This document shows positions 19,945 to 30,626 of a DNA stretch of 64,000 bases, one piece after another; position 1 is the stretch's first letter, and the number at the start of each line of letters is the position of its first letter. Location: positions 32,001 through 96,000 of the forward strand of contig JAWODM010000014.1 of the NCBI GenBank assembly GCA_046483305.1, written 5' to 3'. The translations under genes were made by a program, and so were the position numbers. The DNA is from Candidatus Krumholzibacteriales bacterium (GTDB taxonomy: Bacteria; Krumholzibacteriota; Krumholzibacteriia; Krumholzibacteriales; WJIX01). The notes under the pieces were generated by a model. That model did not search any database. It saw nothing but the letters and a program-made list of their open reading frames with translations, and was not told the DNA's origin.

Positions 19945-20677
19945 CCAGGGCCTGGCTGCAGTAATTCTCGCCGCCGGGGAAGGGACCCGGATGAAATCTG
20001 ATCTGGCAAAGGTGCTGCACAGAATCGGCGGCAAGACCATGATAAGGCGTATAGTTGAATCGGTGAAGAATACCAGCCCCGGCCGGATTATAGTGGTAGT
20101 TGGATATCAGGCAGAAGCTGTGAAGGAAGAGTTTAATGGTGAGGATATTGATTTCGCTCTCCAGGAGAAAAGATTGGGGACAGGCCATGCGGTGATGCAG
20201 ACGAAAGGCGTTCTGGAGGATTTTTCCGGTACGGTCATTATACTCACCGGCGATACGCCGCTGCTGACCCCGCGGACCCTCATCGATTTTTACAGGTTTC
20301 ATAGAGAGAACGGAAATGCCGCTACGGTAATGTCCACCCGTATGGATGACCCCGCCGGATACGGCAGGATAATCCGGGGAGAACAGGATAGACTGGAAAA
20401 GATAGTCGAACATGCCGACGCCTCACCCGGGGAGAGAAAGATTGACGAGGTAAACAGCGGAATTTTCTGTGTCGACTCTGATTATCTGTTTGATTCCCTG
20501 AGTGAGATTAGAAAGGATAATACACAGGATGAGTATTACCTTACTGATATTATTGAGATTCTTAACCGCCGGGGCGTGAGGACCGGAGTGTATCTGTGCG
20601 GAAATAATCTGGAAGTTACCGGCATAAATACCAGGTCGCAACTGGAAGAAGCTGAAAGGTTGATATCTGATGGATAG
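19934..20677 (+). CDS. GlmU-like uridyltransferase (N-terminal domain only)
   Basis: ILAAGEGTRMKS..KVLH, LGTGHAV, GDTPL, GYGRIIR, EYYLTD, GINTRSQL; ends at 247 aa with no hexapeptide domain. Confidence 0.88.
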   Translation: MDRNQGLAAVILAAGEGTRMKSDLAKVLHRIGGKTMIRRIVESVKNTSPGRIIVVVGYQAEAVKEEFNGEDIDFALQEKRLGTGHAVMQTKGVLEDFSGTVIILTGDTPLLTPRTLIDFYRFHRENGNAATVMSTRMDDPAGYGRIIRGEQDRLEKIVEHADASPGERKIDEVNSGIFCVDSDYLFDSLSEIRKDNTQDEYYLTDIIEILNRRGVRTGVYLCGNNLEVTGINTRSQLEEAERLISDG

Positions 20678-21146
20678 AATTTACGCACCCTGGAGAAGCA
20701 AGTATTTTACCATGCCCGAGGAGGAGGGCTGTCTTTTCTGTAATATACAGAATGAAAAGGATGACCGGAGATCTGGAATTCTCGCCAGGGGAGAATACTG
20801 GTATATCATACTGAATACCTTCCCTTATACTAACGGTCATATCATGGTAGTCCCCAATCGTCATATAAAAGATTTTGGAGCGGTGCGGGAGGAAGAGACC
20901 GGAGAGATGTTTGAATTCCTTAAGAAGGGAGAAGGAGCATTAAGGGATGTTTACAATCCGGACGGCATAAACGTGGGAGTGAACCTGGGGAGGGCCGCCG
21001 GAGCCGGAATCGTTGATCATCTTCATTTTCATATGGTTCCCCGGTGGGTCGGGGACACTAATTTCATGACCGCGCTCGCCGGGACCAGGGTGGTTTCAGA
21101 GGATCTGGAGAAGAGTTACAGGAACCTGAAACCATATTTTAAGTAG
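20670..21146 (+). CDS. HIT family hydrolase/nucleotidyltransferase
   Basis: APWR, CLFC, LNTFPYTNGH, HLHFHMVPRW. Confidence 0.93.
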   Translation: MDRIYAPWRSKYFTMPEEEGCLFCNIQNEKDDRRSGILARGEYWYIILNTFPYTNGHIMVVPNRHIKDFGAVREEETGEMFEFLKKGEGALRDVYNPDGINVGVNLGRAAGAGIVDHLHFHMVPRWVGDTNFMTALAGTRVVSEDLEKSYRNLKPYFK

Positions 21147-21183
21147 TGGCCGGTTCAATTCCGTTTTAAGGAGCCTGCGGGAA

Positions 21184-21618
21184 ATGACTGCAAAGAGAAA
21201 AAAGAAAAAGAAGAAAAAGTTTTCTCTGGTAATATGGCTGTTGCCGCTAATAGTCATGATCGCCTCGCTGTCCATAAAGATTTCGGGAGCGGGAGGGAGG
21301 GGGATGCCGGAGCCGGGCGCTTATCAGCTCGAGGTGCTGAACGGAACCGGAGAGAAGAATCTGGTAAAGGAAGCCACCCGGCAGCTTCGAAGAATGGGTA
21401 TTGACGTACTGATAGAGGGGAACGCGGAGTTTTTCGGTTACGAACGGTCCGTAATTATCGACAGGAAGGGAAATCCCGAACTGGCTGAAAGAGTGGCCAG
21501 ACGGCTGGGATGCGAAACGGTTATCCGGCAGCTTCAGGATAATGCCAGGGTTGATTTGACTTTTATTCTGGGGGATGATAAGGATAAACTTGATATTGAT
21601 ATACAGGCGGATGATTAA
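21184..21618 (+). CDS. Membrane-anchored LytR C-terminal domain protein
   Basis: Basic N-terminus plus TM helix; EVLNGTG..L...A...L...G; DLTFILGDD. Confidence 0.85.
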   Translation: MTAKRKKKKKKKFSLVIWLLPLIVMIASLSIKISGAGGRGMPEPGAYQLEVLNGTGEKNLVKEATRQLRRMGIDVLIEGNAEFFGYERSVIIDRKGNPELAERVARRLGCETVIRQLQDNARVDLTFILGDDKDKLDIDIQADD

Positions 21619-21669
21619 TTATTATAGTAGTGAAAGGATGCGTGCTGTTTTTCTTATTGGGAGTTAACT

Positions 21670-21939
21670 GTGTCGTATAAAAGAGGGATAGGATTGGTGG
21701 CCCTGGTTTTCTTCCTGGGGGTAATACTGGGAAGCGTGGTCGGAGAACTTATAGGTTTAATATTTCCGGAAGACAGTGTGATGCGGCAGCTGTTTGTTTC
21801 GGGAAGCGAATTTCACGTGGGGCCGCTTTTCTTTAATCTCATTGTATTTACCTTCACCTTTGGATTCTCGCTGAAGGTAAACCTGGTCAGCATACTCGGC
21901 ATAATAGTGGTTGCATTTATCTTAAGATTCTACTGTTAG
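21670..21939 (+). CDS. Small membrane protein (DUF4321-like)
   Basis: LG.ILGS..GE; FTFGFSLKVNL.SILG. Confidence 0.75.
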   Translation: MSYKRGIGLVALVFFLGVILGSVVGELIGLIFPEDSVMRQLFVSGSEFHVGPLFFNLIVFTFTFGFSLKVNLVSILGIIVVAFILRFYC

Positions 21940-21949
21940 AGAGGTAAAA

Positions 21950-22195
21950 ATGTTTTCAGTTATGATCCGGTTCTGCAGCTCCCCCGGTTTTCTGGTTATA
22001 GGGATTCCGGGATGGGGAGAATTGCTGCTGGTATTCGCCCTGATACTTCTCTTCTTCGGTCCAAAGAGGCTTCCCAAGGTAGCCGAATCCATAGGGAAGG
22101 CGATTCAGAAGTTCAAGAAGGCTTCCAGTGACATTCAGGACGAAATAGAGTCGACCACCGACGATATCACCGAAGACGATGAAAAACAGGGTTAG
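21950..22195 (+). CDS. tatA: Twin-arginine translocase TatA/E subunit
   Basis: GWGELLLV...LLFFGPKRLP....IGKAI..FKK; start position uncertain. Confidence 0.9.
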   Translation: MFSVMIRFCSSPGFLVIGIPGWGELLLVFALILLFFGPKRLPKVAESIGKAIQKFKKASSDIQDEIESTTDDITEDDEKQG

Positions 22196-22241
22196 GGATA
22201 TTATTCAGGCTGGCGGCCTTTTACTCCGAAACCGGCGAGCC

Positions 22242-24041
22242 TCATTTTATCGGCTCGTTCCTGAGGTCGACGATATCGGCCTCTTTTTTAATCTCCGCGA
22301 ACCATTCTGATATTATTTCCTGCGACTTTGCCGTTCTCAGCTGGGCCGTTATGCTGTCGCGCCTTTCGCCGAATTTCTCCATATCCGGCTCTGTTTTTTC
22401 AGTGGCCACTATAATAAGGAACCTGTCTTCGTCCCGGATCGGACTGCTGATGCTCTTGGGAGGGAGCATATGGGCCGCTTTTACGAAGATAGAGTTTGCG
22501 GGGAACCCGTCGGCCGGTTCGTTTTCCCTGAAGAATCCGGTGGTGTTCATTGTCAGATTGTGTTTCTCCGCCGCTTCCCGCAGGCTTGACGTGAATGACT
22601 GTTTCCTTATGTCCAGTGCGATCTTCCTGGCCTTTTCCATCGCCCTCTCTTCCCTGACCTCACGGGCCAGAACATCTTTTACCTCATCAAACTCCCTGGT
22701 ACGTTCCGGAATTATCCTGGATATCTTTACGAAATAGACAATATCGTCTACCTGCATGGCAGAGCTTACATCGCCCCTGTCATACTTAAATGCAAAGTCC
22801 GCAATGGAGGGGGCCAGCCCTATACCGCCGATAATACCGCTTTCGGCGAACGGTTCCGATTCGCCGATCTCAAGATTCATGCTCTCGGCTGCTTGTTCAA
22901 ATCCATCCGATTCGATTCTTTCCATGAGGTTTCTTACAAAGGTCCGGATCGAATCCTGGGTTTCGTATCCGGGAGTTACCTTCATCAGTATATGGCTGGC
23001 GTTGATCCGCTGGTCCTCTTTCTCCAGAACCTTGATAAGTTGATACCCCTTATCGGTTTCAACCGGAGCGCTCAATTCTCCGGGGTTGAGCGAGAAAGCC
23101 GTCTCTTCTATCTCTTCCGGCATTTCGCCTCTGGAGAAGAACCCCAGATTTCCACCCTTTTCTGAGGTCATTTTATCCTCTGAATATATTCTGGCCGCTT
23201 CCTCAAAATCCGTCTTGCCATTCAGAATCTCGCGCCTGACCTCAAGAAGGCTCTGTTTTACCTCCCGGAAATCCCGGGGAGTGGGTTTGTAATCTATCTT
23301 TACGTATTTTATGACTCGTTTCTCGCTTTCCTTCAGCTCATCCTCCATCTCCCTGTATTTCGCCCTCATCTCCTCTTCGGTGGGCTGGTAGGGTGGATCT
23401 TCCTTTTCAGCGGGTACTACAACATAATTGCACTTCACCTCTACCTGCGAATCCTTGAATTTCTCCATTACCTCTCTCTCCGGTATGGTGAGTTTAGCGG
23501 CCAGCATCGACTCGAGCTTATATCTGGGAAGTTCGGCCCGGGCCCAGTTCTCCAGCTGCCGCCAGTCCCTGTTAGGATCCGATAGCGCGTCCAGGTACTG
23601 CTGGTAGTCGAAATTGCCCTGTTCGTCGGTAAAAATTTCCTGGAGCGAGGGATGGGGATTCTTTCTGATAAAGTCCACCAGTTCCATGGAAGTTGCGGTA
23701 ATCCCCAGTTCCTCTATTTTCTGCTGAGTAAGCACATTATTGACGGTCATCTCCCATGCCTGCTGCTCCAGCCTGTGCCTTTCCAGGATACCGGGGCTGT
23801 AATCCTCTCCGCGGTAGTTGCTGAGCTGGGAGTAGAGCTGGCTGAGGTTCCTGCTGTAGGCCTCGGCCGGTATCTCAACGCCGTTTACGATACCCACAAT
23901 ATTATTTCTCTCGTCGCGGGAACCGGATGACCCTCCCCCTCCGAGGTAATTGGCTCCCCATGCGGCGAAAATTGTTACAACGAAGGCTACAATCACGATC
24001 CACAGAATTACTTTTGTCCTGCTCCTGAGCGCTTTAAGCAT
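22242..24041 (-). CDS. SurA/PpiD-like membrane-anchored peptidyl-prolyl isomerase
   Basis: ML..LR N-terminus plus TM; parvulin motif FEEAARIYSED...KGGNLGF; ASHIL. Confidence 0.88.
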   Translation of the reverse strand: MLKALRSRTKVILWIVIVAFVVTIFAAWGANYLGGGGSSGSRDERNNIVGIVNGVEIPAEAYSRNLSQLYSQLSNYRGEDYSPGILERHRLEQQAWEMTVNNVLTQQKIEELGITATSMELVDFIRKNPHPSLQEIFTDEQGNFDYQQYLDALSDPNRDWRQLENWARAELPRYKLESMLAAKLTIPEREVMEKFKDSQVEVKCNYVVVPAEKEDPPYQPTEEEMRAKYREMEDELKESEKRVIKYVKIDYKPTPRDFREVKQSLLEVRREILNGKTDFEEAARIYSEDKMTSEKGGNLGFFSRGEMPEEIEETAFSLNPGELSAPVETDKGYQLIKVLEKEDQRINASHILMKVTPGYETQDSIRTFVRNLMERIESDGFEQAAESMNLEIGESEPFAESGIIGGIGLAPSIADFAFKYDRGDVSSAMQVDDIVYFVKISRIIPERTREFDEVKDVLAREVREERAMEKARKIALDIRKQSFTSSLREAAEKHNLTMNTTGFFRENEPADGFPANSIFVKAAHMLPPKSISSPIRDEDRFLIIVATEKTEPDMEKFGERRDSITAQLRTAKSQEIISEWFAEIKKEADIVDLRNEPIK

Positions 24042-24178
24042 GATATTGTTTTCCTCATTTCCGAATTAACTGTTTCCTGTCTATTTAGATTATTTAAAAT
24101 TAGCAAATAATAACAGGTTGTGCAAATTTTTTAAGAGTGTTTGACAATTTAATATCTGAGGTGATAATTTTCCTGATA

Positions 24179-26404
24179 ATGAGTAGATTTATGAATAAGT
24201 TTATTTTCCTTTTTCTGGTTCTTTCGGTCTCTGAGTCAGCCGGCGCTCAGAGTTATCTGTGGCCCATGCAGGGCAACAGGAAGCTCAGCTCCACTTTTCT
24301 GGAATTCAGGGAGGGCCACTTCCACGCCGGAATTGATATCCGGTCATTCGGAGAGCTCGGCCTACCCTGCTTTGCTGTCAGGGATGGATATGTGGAGAGG
24401 GTGAAGGTTCAGCCCTACGGATACGGCAAAGCGTTATATTTGAGACTCGATGACGGCAATGTTGCGGTTTACGCTCATCTTTACGGATTCAGCGCCGGGA
24501 TCGATTCGCTGGTATACTGGAGAAGAATGGCGGCTGACAACTCCTGGTGCGATATCCACCTGCCCGAGGGTAAGTACCGCTTTGGGAAGGGAGAAATATT
24601 GGCCTACACCGGCCAGACCGGAACCAAAGCTCCGCATCTTCATTTCGAGCTGAGAGACAGGAGGGGCAGGCCATTCAATCCCCTGATAGAGACCTACTCG
24701 GTTCCGGATAATATCCCGCCGGTAATCTCATCGCTGGAAGTCGCGCCGCTCTCACCCGGAAGCATGGTTAACGGGCGGCTGGTCCGGTCTGTGTTTCCTT
24801 TTGAGAGGAGGGCGGGCGGCATATACCAGCTTGGAGACACCCTCCAGCTTTCCGGCGTGTTCGGATTCGGGCTTTCCGCGTGGGATCGCCAGGCTGGAGG
24901 AGTTTACAGGATGGAGCCTTTCTCCATGGAGCTTCTGGTGGACGGGGATACCCTTTACCGCCTGGAGAACAGATCTTTTTCATACTATCAGAGCGGCGGC
25001 GTGAAATTTGAATTCAACGATTACGGCTCCGGATGGAACGGGAGGTTCAAGAATCTTTACCGGAAACAGGGAAACTCGCTCCCGGACCGCTCAGGGCCCG
25101 GAGTTGTTTCCGGAGCCGGTGCGTCCGGCGAAGGTATCAGGTTGGATAACAGTCTTCACCGGGCTGACATAAGGGCACGTGATATCTCAGGGAATATCTC
25201 AAGGGCATATTTCTATTTCCGTATTCACAGATACCCCGAAATCAGGAGTGTCAGGAAGCTTGTGAATTCGGATGAGGTTATAATCTCATCCTCTGATCCG
25301 GACGGGGGAAAGGTCAGGGAAGAATTGTTTGAATCCCCGGACGGGGGCTTTACCTGGAAAGCGCTTGAAGTTGAAAGTATAGGCAGTTATGCCCGGGCGG
25401 CGGTTACTTCCCATCCTTACCCCGCTTATAAATATGAGATTATCGACGATGAAGGGATGAAATTGAGCGGCACCTTCGCCCCGGTGTTCGAAAGGCCGGG
25501 AGAGGATATGGTTTTCAGTGACTGCTCCCTGATTCTGGCGGCCGGCTCGGTGATACTGGACGTAAGGGCCGACAGGATCCTGTCCTCCCCTCCATCGGTA
25601 GATGCTTATCCGGGTATACTCCCGGAAGAGGTTATCCAGACCGGGGAAAAAAGCTACAGCGCCAGGTTCCACAACGGTTCGCTGCCCGATGGCGAGAACC
25701 TCTTCAGAGTGCGTGGTTCAGACTACAGAGGATTCAGTTTTGAGGACTTTCTTGCGGCCGGAATATTCTTTTTCCGTTCGGGAAGGGAGCTGGTCTGGCC
25801 GGCAGCGGACACTCTCAGTCTGAGATTCTCGTCCCCCTCTGTCAGCGGCACCGCCCCCTGCGTAATCAGCCCCTCCAACGCGGCGGTCAGAACCGACAGT
25901 TCAAGGATTCCCGTTATATCGCCCTTCAGGCTGGATTTTCAGGAAGGGGCCTTCCTGAAACCACTGGTCCTGTTCTCCGATGCCGGCGGAAGGATAGGGT
26001 TGTATAAATATGATAAGGATGGCTCTTCCTGGAGCTGTCTGGGGCCGGCCGCGGCTGAGGGCGGCATAACTATAAACAGGGCAGGGGTATACGCCCTATT
26101 CAGGGATGGCCTCCCGCCCAGGATAGGTAAAGTCGGTATCAGCGAAAAGCCGGCTGGAAGCGGTTTTTTCAAGAATTACTGCTATTCCATCCCGGTAGTG
26201 GACGACGGGAGCGGTATCGATCCGTATTCAGCGGAGGTCTACTGGAACCACAGGTGGGTGGTAAGCGTCTGGGATGATATCCGGGGGCGGCTTTTCATAC
26301 CGGTACCCTCCTCGGTCACGGACAGAGAAGTCTCTCTGAAGGTGGGGATAAGCGATAAAATAGGAAACAGGTCTGTTGAAAATTTCAGTTTTGTGATAAA
26401 ATGA
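24179..26404 (+). CDS. Secreted M23-family metallopeptidase
   Basis: Signal peptide; FHAGIDI, YAHL, PHLHFE; alternative start at 24191; TTGACA-16-GATAAT at 24141-24168. Confidence 0.85.
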   Translation: MSRFMNKFIFLFLVLSVSESAGAQSYLWPMQGNRKLSSTFLEFREGHFHAGIDIRSFGELGLPCFAVRDGYVERVKVQPYGYGKALYLRLDDGNVAVYAHLYGFSAGIDSLVYWRRMAADNSWCDIHLPEGKYRFGKGEILAYTGQTGTKAPHLHFELRDRRGRPFNPLIETYSVPDNIPPVISSLEVAPLSPGSMVNGRLVRSVFPFERRAGGIYQLGDTLQLSGVFGFGLSAWDRQAGGVYRMEPFSMELLVDGDTLYRLENRSFSYYQSGGVKFEFNDYGSGWNGRFKNLYRKQGNSLPDRSGPGVVSGAGASGEGIRLDNSLHRADIRARDISGNISRAYFYFRIHRYPEIRSVRKLVNSDEVIISSSDPDGGKVREELFESPDGGFTWKALEVESIGSYARAAVTSHPYPAYKYEIIDDEGMKLSGTFAPVFERPGEDMVFSDCSLILAAGSVILDVRADRILSSPPSVDAYPGILPEEVIQTGEKSYSARFHNGSLPDGENLFRVRGSDYRGFSFEDFLAAGIFFFRSGRELVWPAADTLSLRFSSPSVSGTAPCVISPSNAAVRTDSSRIPVISPFRLDFQEGAFLKPLVLFSDAGGRIGLYKYDKDGSSWSCLGPAAAEGGITINRAGVYALFRDGLPPRIGKVGISEKPAGSGFFKNYCYSIPVVDDGSGIDPYSAEVYWNHRWVVSVWDDIRGRLFIPVPSSVTDREVSLKVGISDKIGNRSVENFSFVIK

Positions 26405-26431
26405 TTTTCCATTGAGAAGGAGTCGGCCGGG

Positions 26432-29400
26432 ATGAGCAGAACTGGATTTGTACATTTACATAATCATTCAGAATACAGTCTCCTGGATGGAGCTTTCCGC
26501 ATAGAAGATATCGTATCCAGAGCCAGGAAGATGGGTATGGAATCGGTTGCCCTTACCGATCACGGTAATATGTTCGGCGTGGTGCCCTTTTACCGTGAGG
26601 CGGTAAAGCAGGGCATAAAACCTATCATCGGCATGGAAACCTACCTGGCCAGAGACGGTATCGATTCAAGAGGGACCGGGTCCCAGTCCAGGAACGATCA
26701 CCTGGTTCTACTGGTAAAAAACGACGAGGGATACAGAAATCTGATAAGGCTGTCATCAATAGCTTATACCGAGGGTTTTTATTACAAGCCCCGGATCGAC
26801 CTTGATCTTCTGGAAAAGTATTCCGGGGGATTGGTTGGCATGAGCGCCTGCCTGAAAGGGACCATACCGCAGCTTCTGCTGGAGAGCAGGAGGAAGGAAG
26901 CGGACTACTTCGCCAGGAAGATCGCCTCCGTCTTCGCAGAGGGTGATTTTTACATAGAGCTTCAGAATCACGGTATCGATGAAGAGTTGAAGGTCATCCC
27001 CGAATTGACTGATCTGGCGCAGCGGACCGGGCTCCCCACCGTAGTTACCAATGACTGCCATTTCAGTGACGCGTCGGATCACCAGGCGCATGATGTGCTT
27101 CTCTGCCTCCAGACCAGCGGGGAGCTGGATGATGAGAACAGGAAGCTGAGATCCAACCCGGAAACCTATTTCAAGAGCCCCGGCCAGATGCGCGCTCTTT
27201 TCCCCGACCATCCGGAGGCGATCTCCAATACTCTGGATATAGCGGATAAATGCAACTTCGAAATGAAGGAAAAGGATACCCAGCTTCCGGATTTCCCGAT
27301 TCCCGACAATTTCGATTCACCGGACCGGTACCTCCGGAATGTGGTGGATCAGAACGTGAACGATGCCTACCCCGAGATTACTCCCCGGATAACAGAGAGG
27401 ATAGATTATGAACTGAGGGTTATCAGGGAGATGGGGTTCTCCGGTTATTTTCTGATAGTATGGGATATTGTTAAATCCGCCAAGAATGCCGGGATCCCGG
27501 TGGGGCCGGGGAGAGGTTCCGCCGCGGGAAGCATAATATGCTACATACTGGGGATTACCAGTATAGACCCGCTTCGGAACGGACTCCTTTTCGAGCGGTT
27601 CCTGAACCCGGAGAGAGTTTCCATGCCGGATATCGATATCGACTTCTGCGACGACCGGCGGCAGGAAGTAATCGATCACGTGGTGGAGACTTACGGGAAA
27701 GAAAATGTATGCCAGATAATAACTTTTGGGAGGATGGCGGCCAGAGCGGTAATCAGGGATGTGGGAAGAGTTCTGATGGTTCCCTTCGGAGATGTTGACA
27801 GGCTGGCAAAGATGGTCCCGCCGCAACCGGGGATAACCCTTACAGAAGCTTTAGAGAACGTGCCGGAACTCAGGGAACTTTACCGGAATGACGAAGAAAT
27901 AAAAAGATTGCTGGATCTTTCGCTCTCTCTGGAAGGTATGGCCAGGCATGCTTCTACTCATGCCGCCGGACTGGTTATAACACCGACTCCTCTGGTAAAC
28001 CATGTCCCGCTTTTCAGGTCCAACAAGGGGGAGATCACCACCCAGTACGAGATGAAGATTCTTAACAGTATCGGCCTTCTCAAGATTGATATACTGGGTC
28101 TTAAAACCCTCTCCCACATATCCAACACACTGAAGCTGGTGAAGGGGCCGAAAGAGACCGGAATGAAGCCCGATGAGATCCCCATCGAAGACGAAAAAGC
28201 TTTCAAACTGCTTCAGAAGGGTCAGACCGTAGGGATATTTCAGCTGGAGAGCGAAGGGATGCGGAATCTTCTGAGGCGGATCAGGCCGGCCGCCTTCCAG
28301 GATGTGATAGCAATAAACGCCCTCTACAGGCCGGGACCGCTGAGAAGCGGAATGGTTGACAATTTCATCGAATGCAAGCACGGAAAGAAGAAAATAACTT
28401 ATATGGATCCCCGGCTGGAACCGATCCTGAAAGAGACCTACGGGGTGATACTGTATCAGGAGCAGGTGATGCAGGTGGCCAGCGATCTGGCCGGTTTCTC
28501 CCTGGGCGAAGCGGATATATTGAGAAGGGCAATGGGCAAGAAGGACATGAAGGCGATGGGGCGGATGCGGGAGCAGTTCATGAAGGGAGCGTCCGAGAGG
28601 GGGTTGGGGAAAAAGAAGGCTGAGAAAATCTTCGACCTGATGTCCAGTTTTGCGGAATACGGTTTCAATAAATCCCACTCTGCCGCTTACGCGATGGTTT
28701 CCATGCAGACGGCATACCTGAAGGCTCATTACCCGGCCGCTTTCATGGCGGCGGCAATGACCAATGATATGGGTAATACCGACCGGCTGATGTTCCTTCT
28801 GGAAGAGTGCCACAGCCTGGGAATCGCGGTGCGCCCCCCTGACGTAAATTCCAGTCTGGTGGAATTCGGGTTGAGCGGAGGCGAGATAACATACGGGCTG
28901 GCGGCGATAAAGAATCTGGGTATACCCGCTGCCGGGGCGATTGTTGAGGCAAGGATGGATGGGCCTTTCGTGGACCTCTACGAAATGTGCGAAAGGATAA
29001 ATCTCAGAAGCATAAACCGCAGGGCGATGGAGAGTCTGATCAAGAGCGGAGCTACCGATTCGCTTCCGGGAACCAGATCTCAGAAAATAGCTACCCTTGA
29101 CGATGTCATCTCCCAGGCGCAGAAGAGGCAGAACGAGAAGGAGAGAGGGCAGACTATTTTTATTTTTAACGACGATCCCTCTTCGCCGGATATCTGCAAT
29201 CTCAAGGACGTGCCTCCCTGGGACGAAGACAAGAAACTGAAGGAGGAGAGGGAATCTCTCGGTTTTTATTTTTCTGGCCATCCCCTGGACCGGTACAGGG
29301 ATGTTCTGCGCTCGATAGTAAATACCGGCAGCGCGGACCTGGGCAGAAGGAAGAAGGGAAGAAACGTTATCATAGCCGGCCTTATTAACGGAGTAAGAGT

Positions 29401-29860
29401 AATACAGGACAAACGCGGCAACACCATGGCTTTCGTATCCATGGAGGATTTCTACGGTTCATTCGAAGCTATCGTTTTCGCCAGCTGCTACCGCAAAGCC
29501 AGAGAGGAGCTGGTAGAAGAGAACGCAGTAGTGATAAAGGGGAAAATATCAAACCGGGACAGGGGCGAAACCAAGATAATTGCGGATAACATCTATTCAA
29601 TCGACAGGGCTCTCTCAGCGCTGGCCAGAAGAGTTGTCCTGACCTTGAAATCGAACAGTTTTAACGAGAAGAGCCTGGCCTCTCTAAAGGACCTGATGTC
29701 CAGATTTCCCGGAAGAAGGGAACTCGTTTTCGACTGGCGCGAGAATGGCAATGCGCTGTTCAGGATAAAATCAGGGAACTGCAGCGTGGAACCTTCACTG
29801 GAATTTGTTGACAGAATCAGGAAAATAGATGGAGTGGAAAATGTTGAAGTTACGGTATAG
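26432..29860 (+). CDS. dnaE: DNA polymerase III alpha subunit
   Basis: PHP motif HLHNHSEYSLLDG, GRGSAAGS, PDIDIDF, YGFNKSH, C-terminal OB fold. Confidence 0.98.
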   Translation: MSRTGFVHLHNHSEYSLLDGAFRIEDIVSRARKMGMESVALTDHGNMFGVVPFYREAVKQGIKPIIGMETYLARDGIDSRGTGSQSRNDHLVLLVKNDEGYRNLIRLSSIAYTEGFYYKPRIDLDLLEKYSGGLVGMSACLKGTIPQLLLESRRKEADYFARKIASVFAEGDFYIELQNHGIDEELKVIPELTDLAQRTGLPTVVTNDCHFSDASDHQAHDVLLCLQTSGELDDENRKLRSNPETYFKSPGQMRALFPDHPEAISNTLDIADKCNFEMKEKDTQLPDFPIPDNFDSPDRYLRNVVDQNVNDAYPEITPRITERIDYELRVIREMGFSGYFLIVWDIVKSAKNAGIPVGPGRGSAAGSIICYILGITSIDPLRNGLLFERFLNPERVSMPDIDIDFCDDRRQEVIDHVVETYGKENVCQIITFGRMAARAVIRDVGRVLMVPFGDVDRLAKMVPPQPGITLTEALENVPELRELYRNDEEIKRLLDLSLSLEGMARHASTHAAGLVITPTPLVNHVPLFRSNKGEITTQYEMKILNSIGLLKIDILGLKTLSHISNTLKLVKGPKETGMKPDEIPIEDEKAFKLLQKGQTVGIFQLESEGMRNLLRRIRPAAFQDVIAINALYRPGPLRSGMVDNFIECKHGKKKITYMDPRLEPILKETYGVILYQEQVMQVASDLAGFSLGEADILRRAMGKKDMKAMGRMREQFMKGASERGLGKKKAEKIFDLMSSFAEYGFNKSHSAAYAMVSMQTAYLKAHYPAAFMAAAMTNDMGNTDRLMFLLEECHSLGIAVRPPDVNSSLVEFGLSGGEITYGLAAIKNLGIPAAGAIVEARMDGPFVDLYEMCERINLRSINRRAMESLIKSGATDSLPGTRSQKIATLDDVISQAQKRQNEKERGQTIFIFNDDPSSPDICNLKDVPPWDEDKKLKEERESLGFYFSGHPLDRYRDVLRSIVNTGSADLGRRKKGRNVIIAGLINGVRVIQDKRGNTMAFVSMEDFYGSFEAIVFASCYRKAREELVEENAVVIKGKISNRDRGETKIIADNIYSIDRALSALARRVVLTLKSNSFNEKSLASLKDLMSRFPGRRELVFDWRENGNALFRIKSGNCSVEPSLEFVDRIRKIDGVENVEVTV

Positions 29861-30614
29861 GATACTTACGGCGGTTCTATCACTGTTCATGCTGGCTGCT
29901 GTTTCCGGCGCGGCAAACGCTCAGTTCCGGGAAGATATCAAAGTTATCGAGATACCGACGGCCGGTATTATCCCTCATAAGAGCTATATGTATTCAGGTT
30001 CGATGGGCCCTTTCAACTCCCTTCTGTTCGGATTGGATGTAGGCCTCCACGACCGCCTGATGATGGGCGGTTCTTTCGGCCTGCAGAATTTTATCGGCAG
30101 GGGGGATATAGAATATAATGAGCGGCCGGAATTCAGAATAAGACTGAGATTGCTGGAAGAGATAATAGGAGGGCCCGCTCTGGCGGTGGGAGTAAATACC
30201 CAGGGCCAGAATGAATGGTTTGAAGACCTGGAACGTTACGAGAGGAAATCGAAGGGCTTTTACGCCGTTTTCAGCAAAGGTTATAAACTCTGGAGGAGGT
30301 TTTCTCTCCATTTTGGGATAAACTATTCAATGGAGGATGAATATGAGGACGGTACCGACCTGTTCGGCGGCGTCAGCATAGAGACATTTCCGGGGATGAT
30401 GATCCTGTGCGAATACTCGGCCGCTTTCAATGATGATGATGAGGACAATCCCAACCGGATGACCAGAGGCAGGGGGTATCTTGATCTGGGAGTCCGCTTC
30501 GATTACCGGGAGAATATGAGGGTCAGGTTGAATTTCCAGGACCTGTTGGAAAATTATATACCTGAATCCGGGGTTTCCAGGTCGGTGGAAATTTCTTATA
30601 TTAATTTTTTCTGA
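29841..30614 (+). CDS. Outer-membrane beta-barrel protein (YjbH-domain-like)
   Basis: Signal peptide, IPTAG, PALAVG, FYAVFSK, C-terminal Phe. Confidence 0.65.
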   Translation: MLKLRYRILTAVLSLFMLAAVSGAANAQFREDIKVIEIPTAGIIPHKSYMYSGSMGPFNSLLFGLDVGLHDRLMMGGSFGLQNFIGRGDIEYNERPEFRIRLRLLEEIIGGPALAVGVNTQGQNEWFEDLERYERKSKGFYAVFSKGYKLWRRFSLHFGINYSMEDEYEDGTDLFGGVSIETFPGMMILCEYSAAFNDDDEDNPNRMTRGRGYLDLGVRFDYRENMRVRLNFQDLLENYIPESGVSRSVEISYINFF

Positions 30615-30626
30615 AGGGTGAGGAGT

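Noticed and set aside
26432..29860. Intein in DnaE, ClpB or the helicase
   Set aside because: Lengths are normal and no intein splice motifs interrupt conserved blocks
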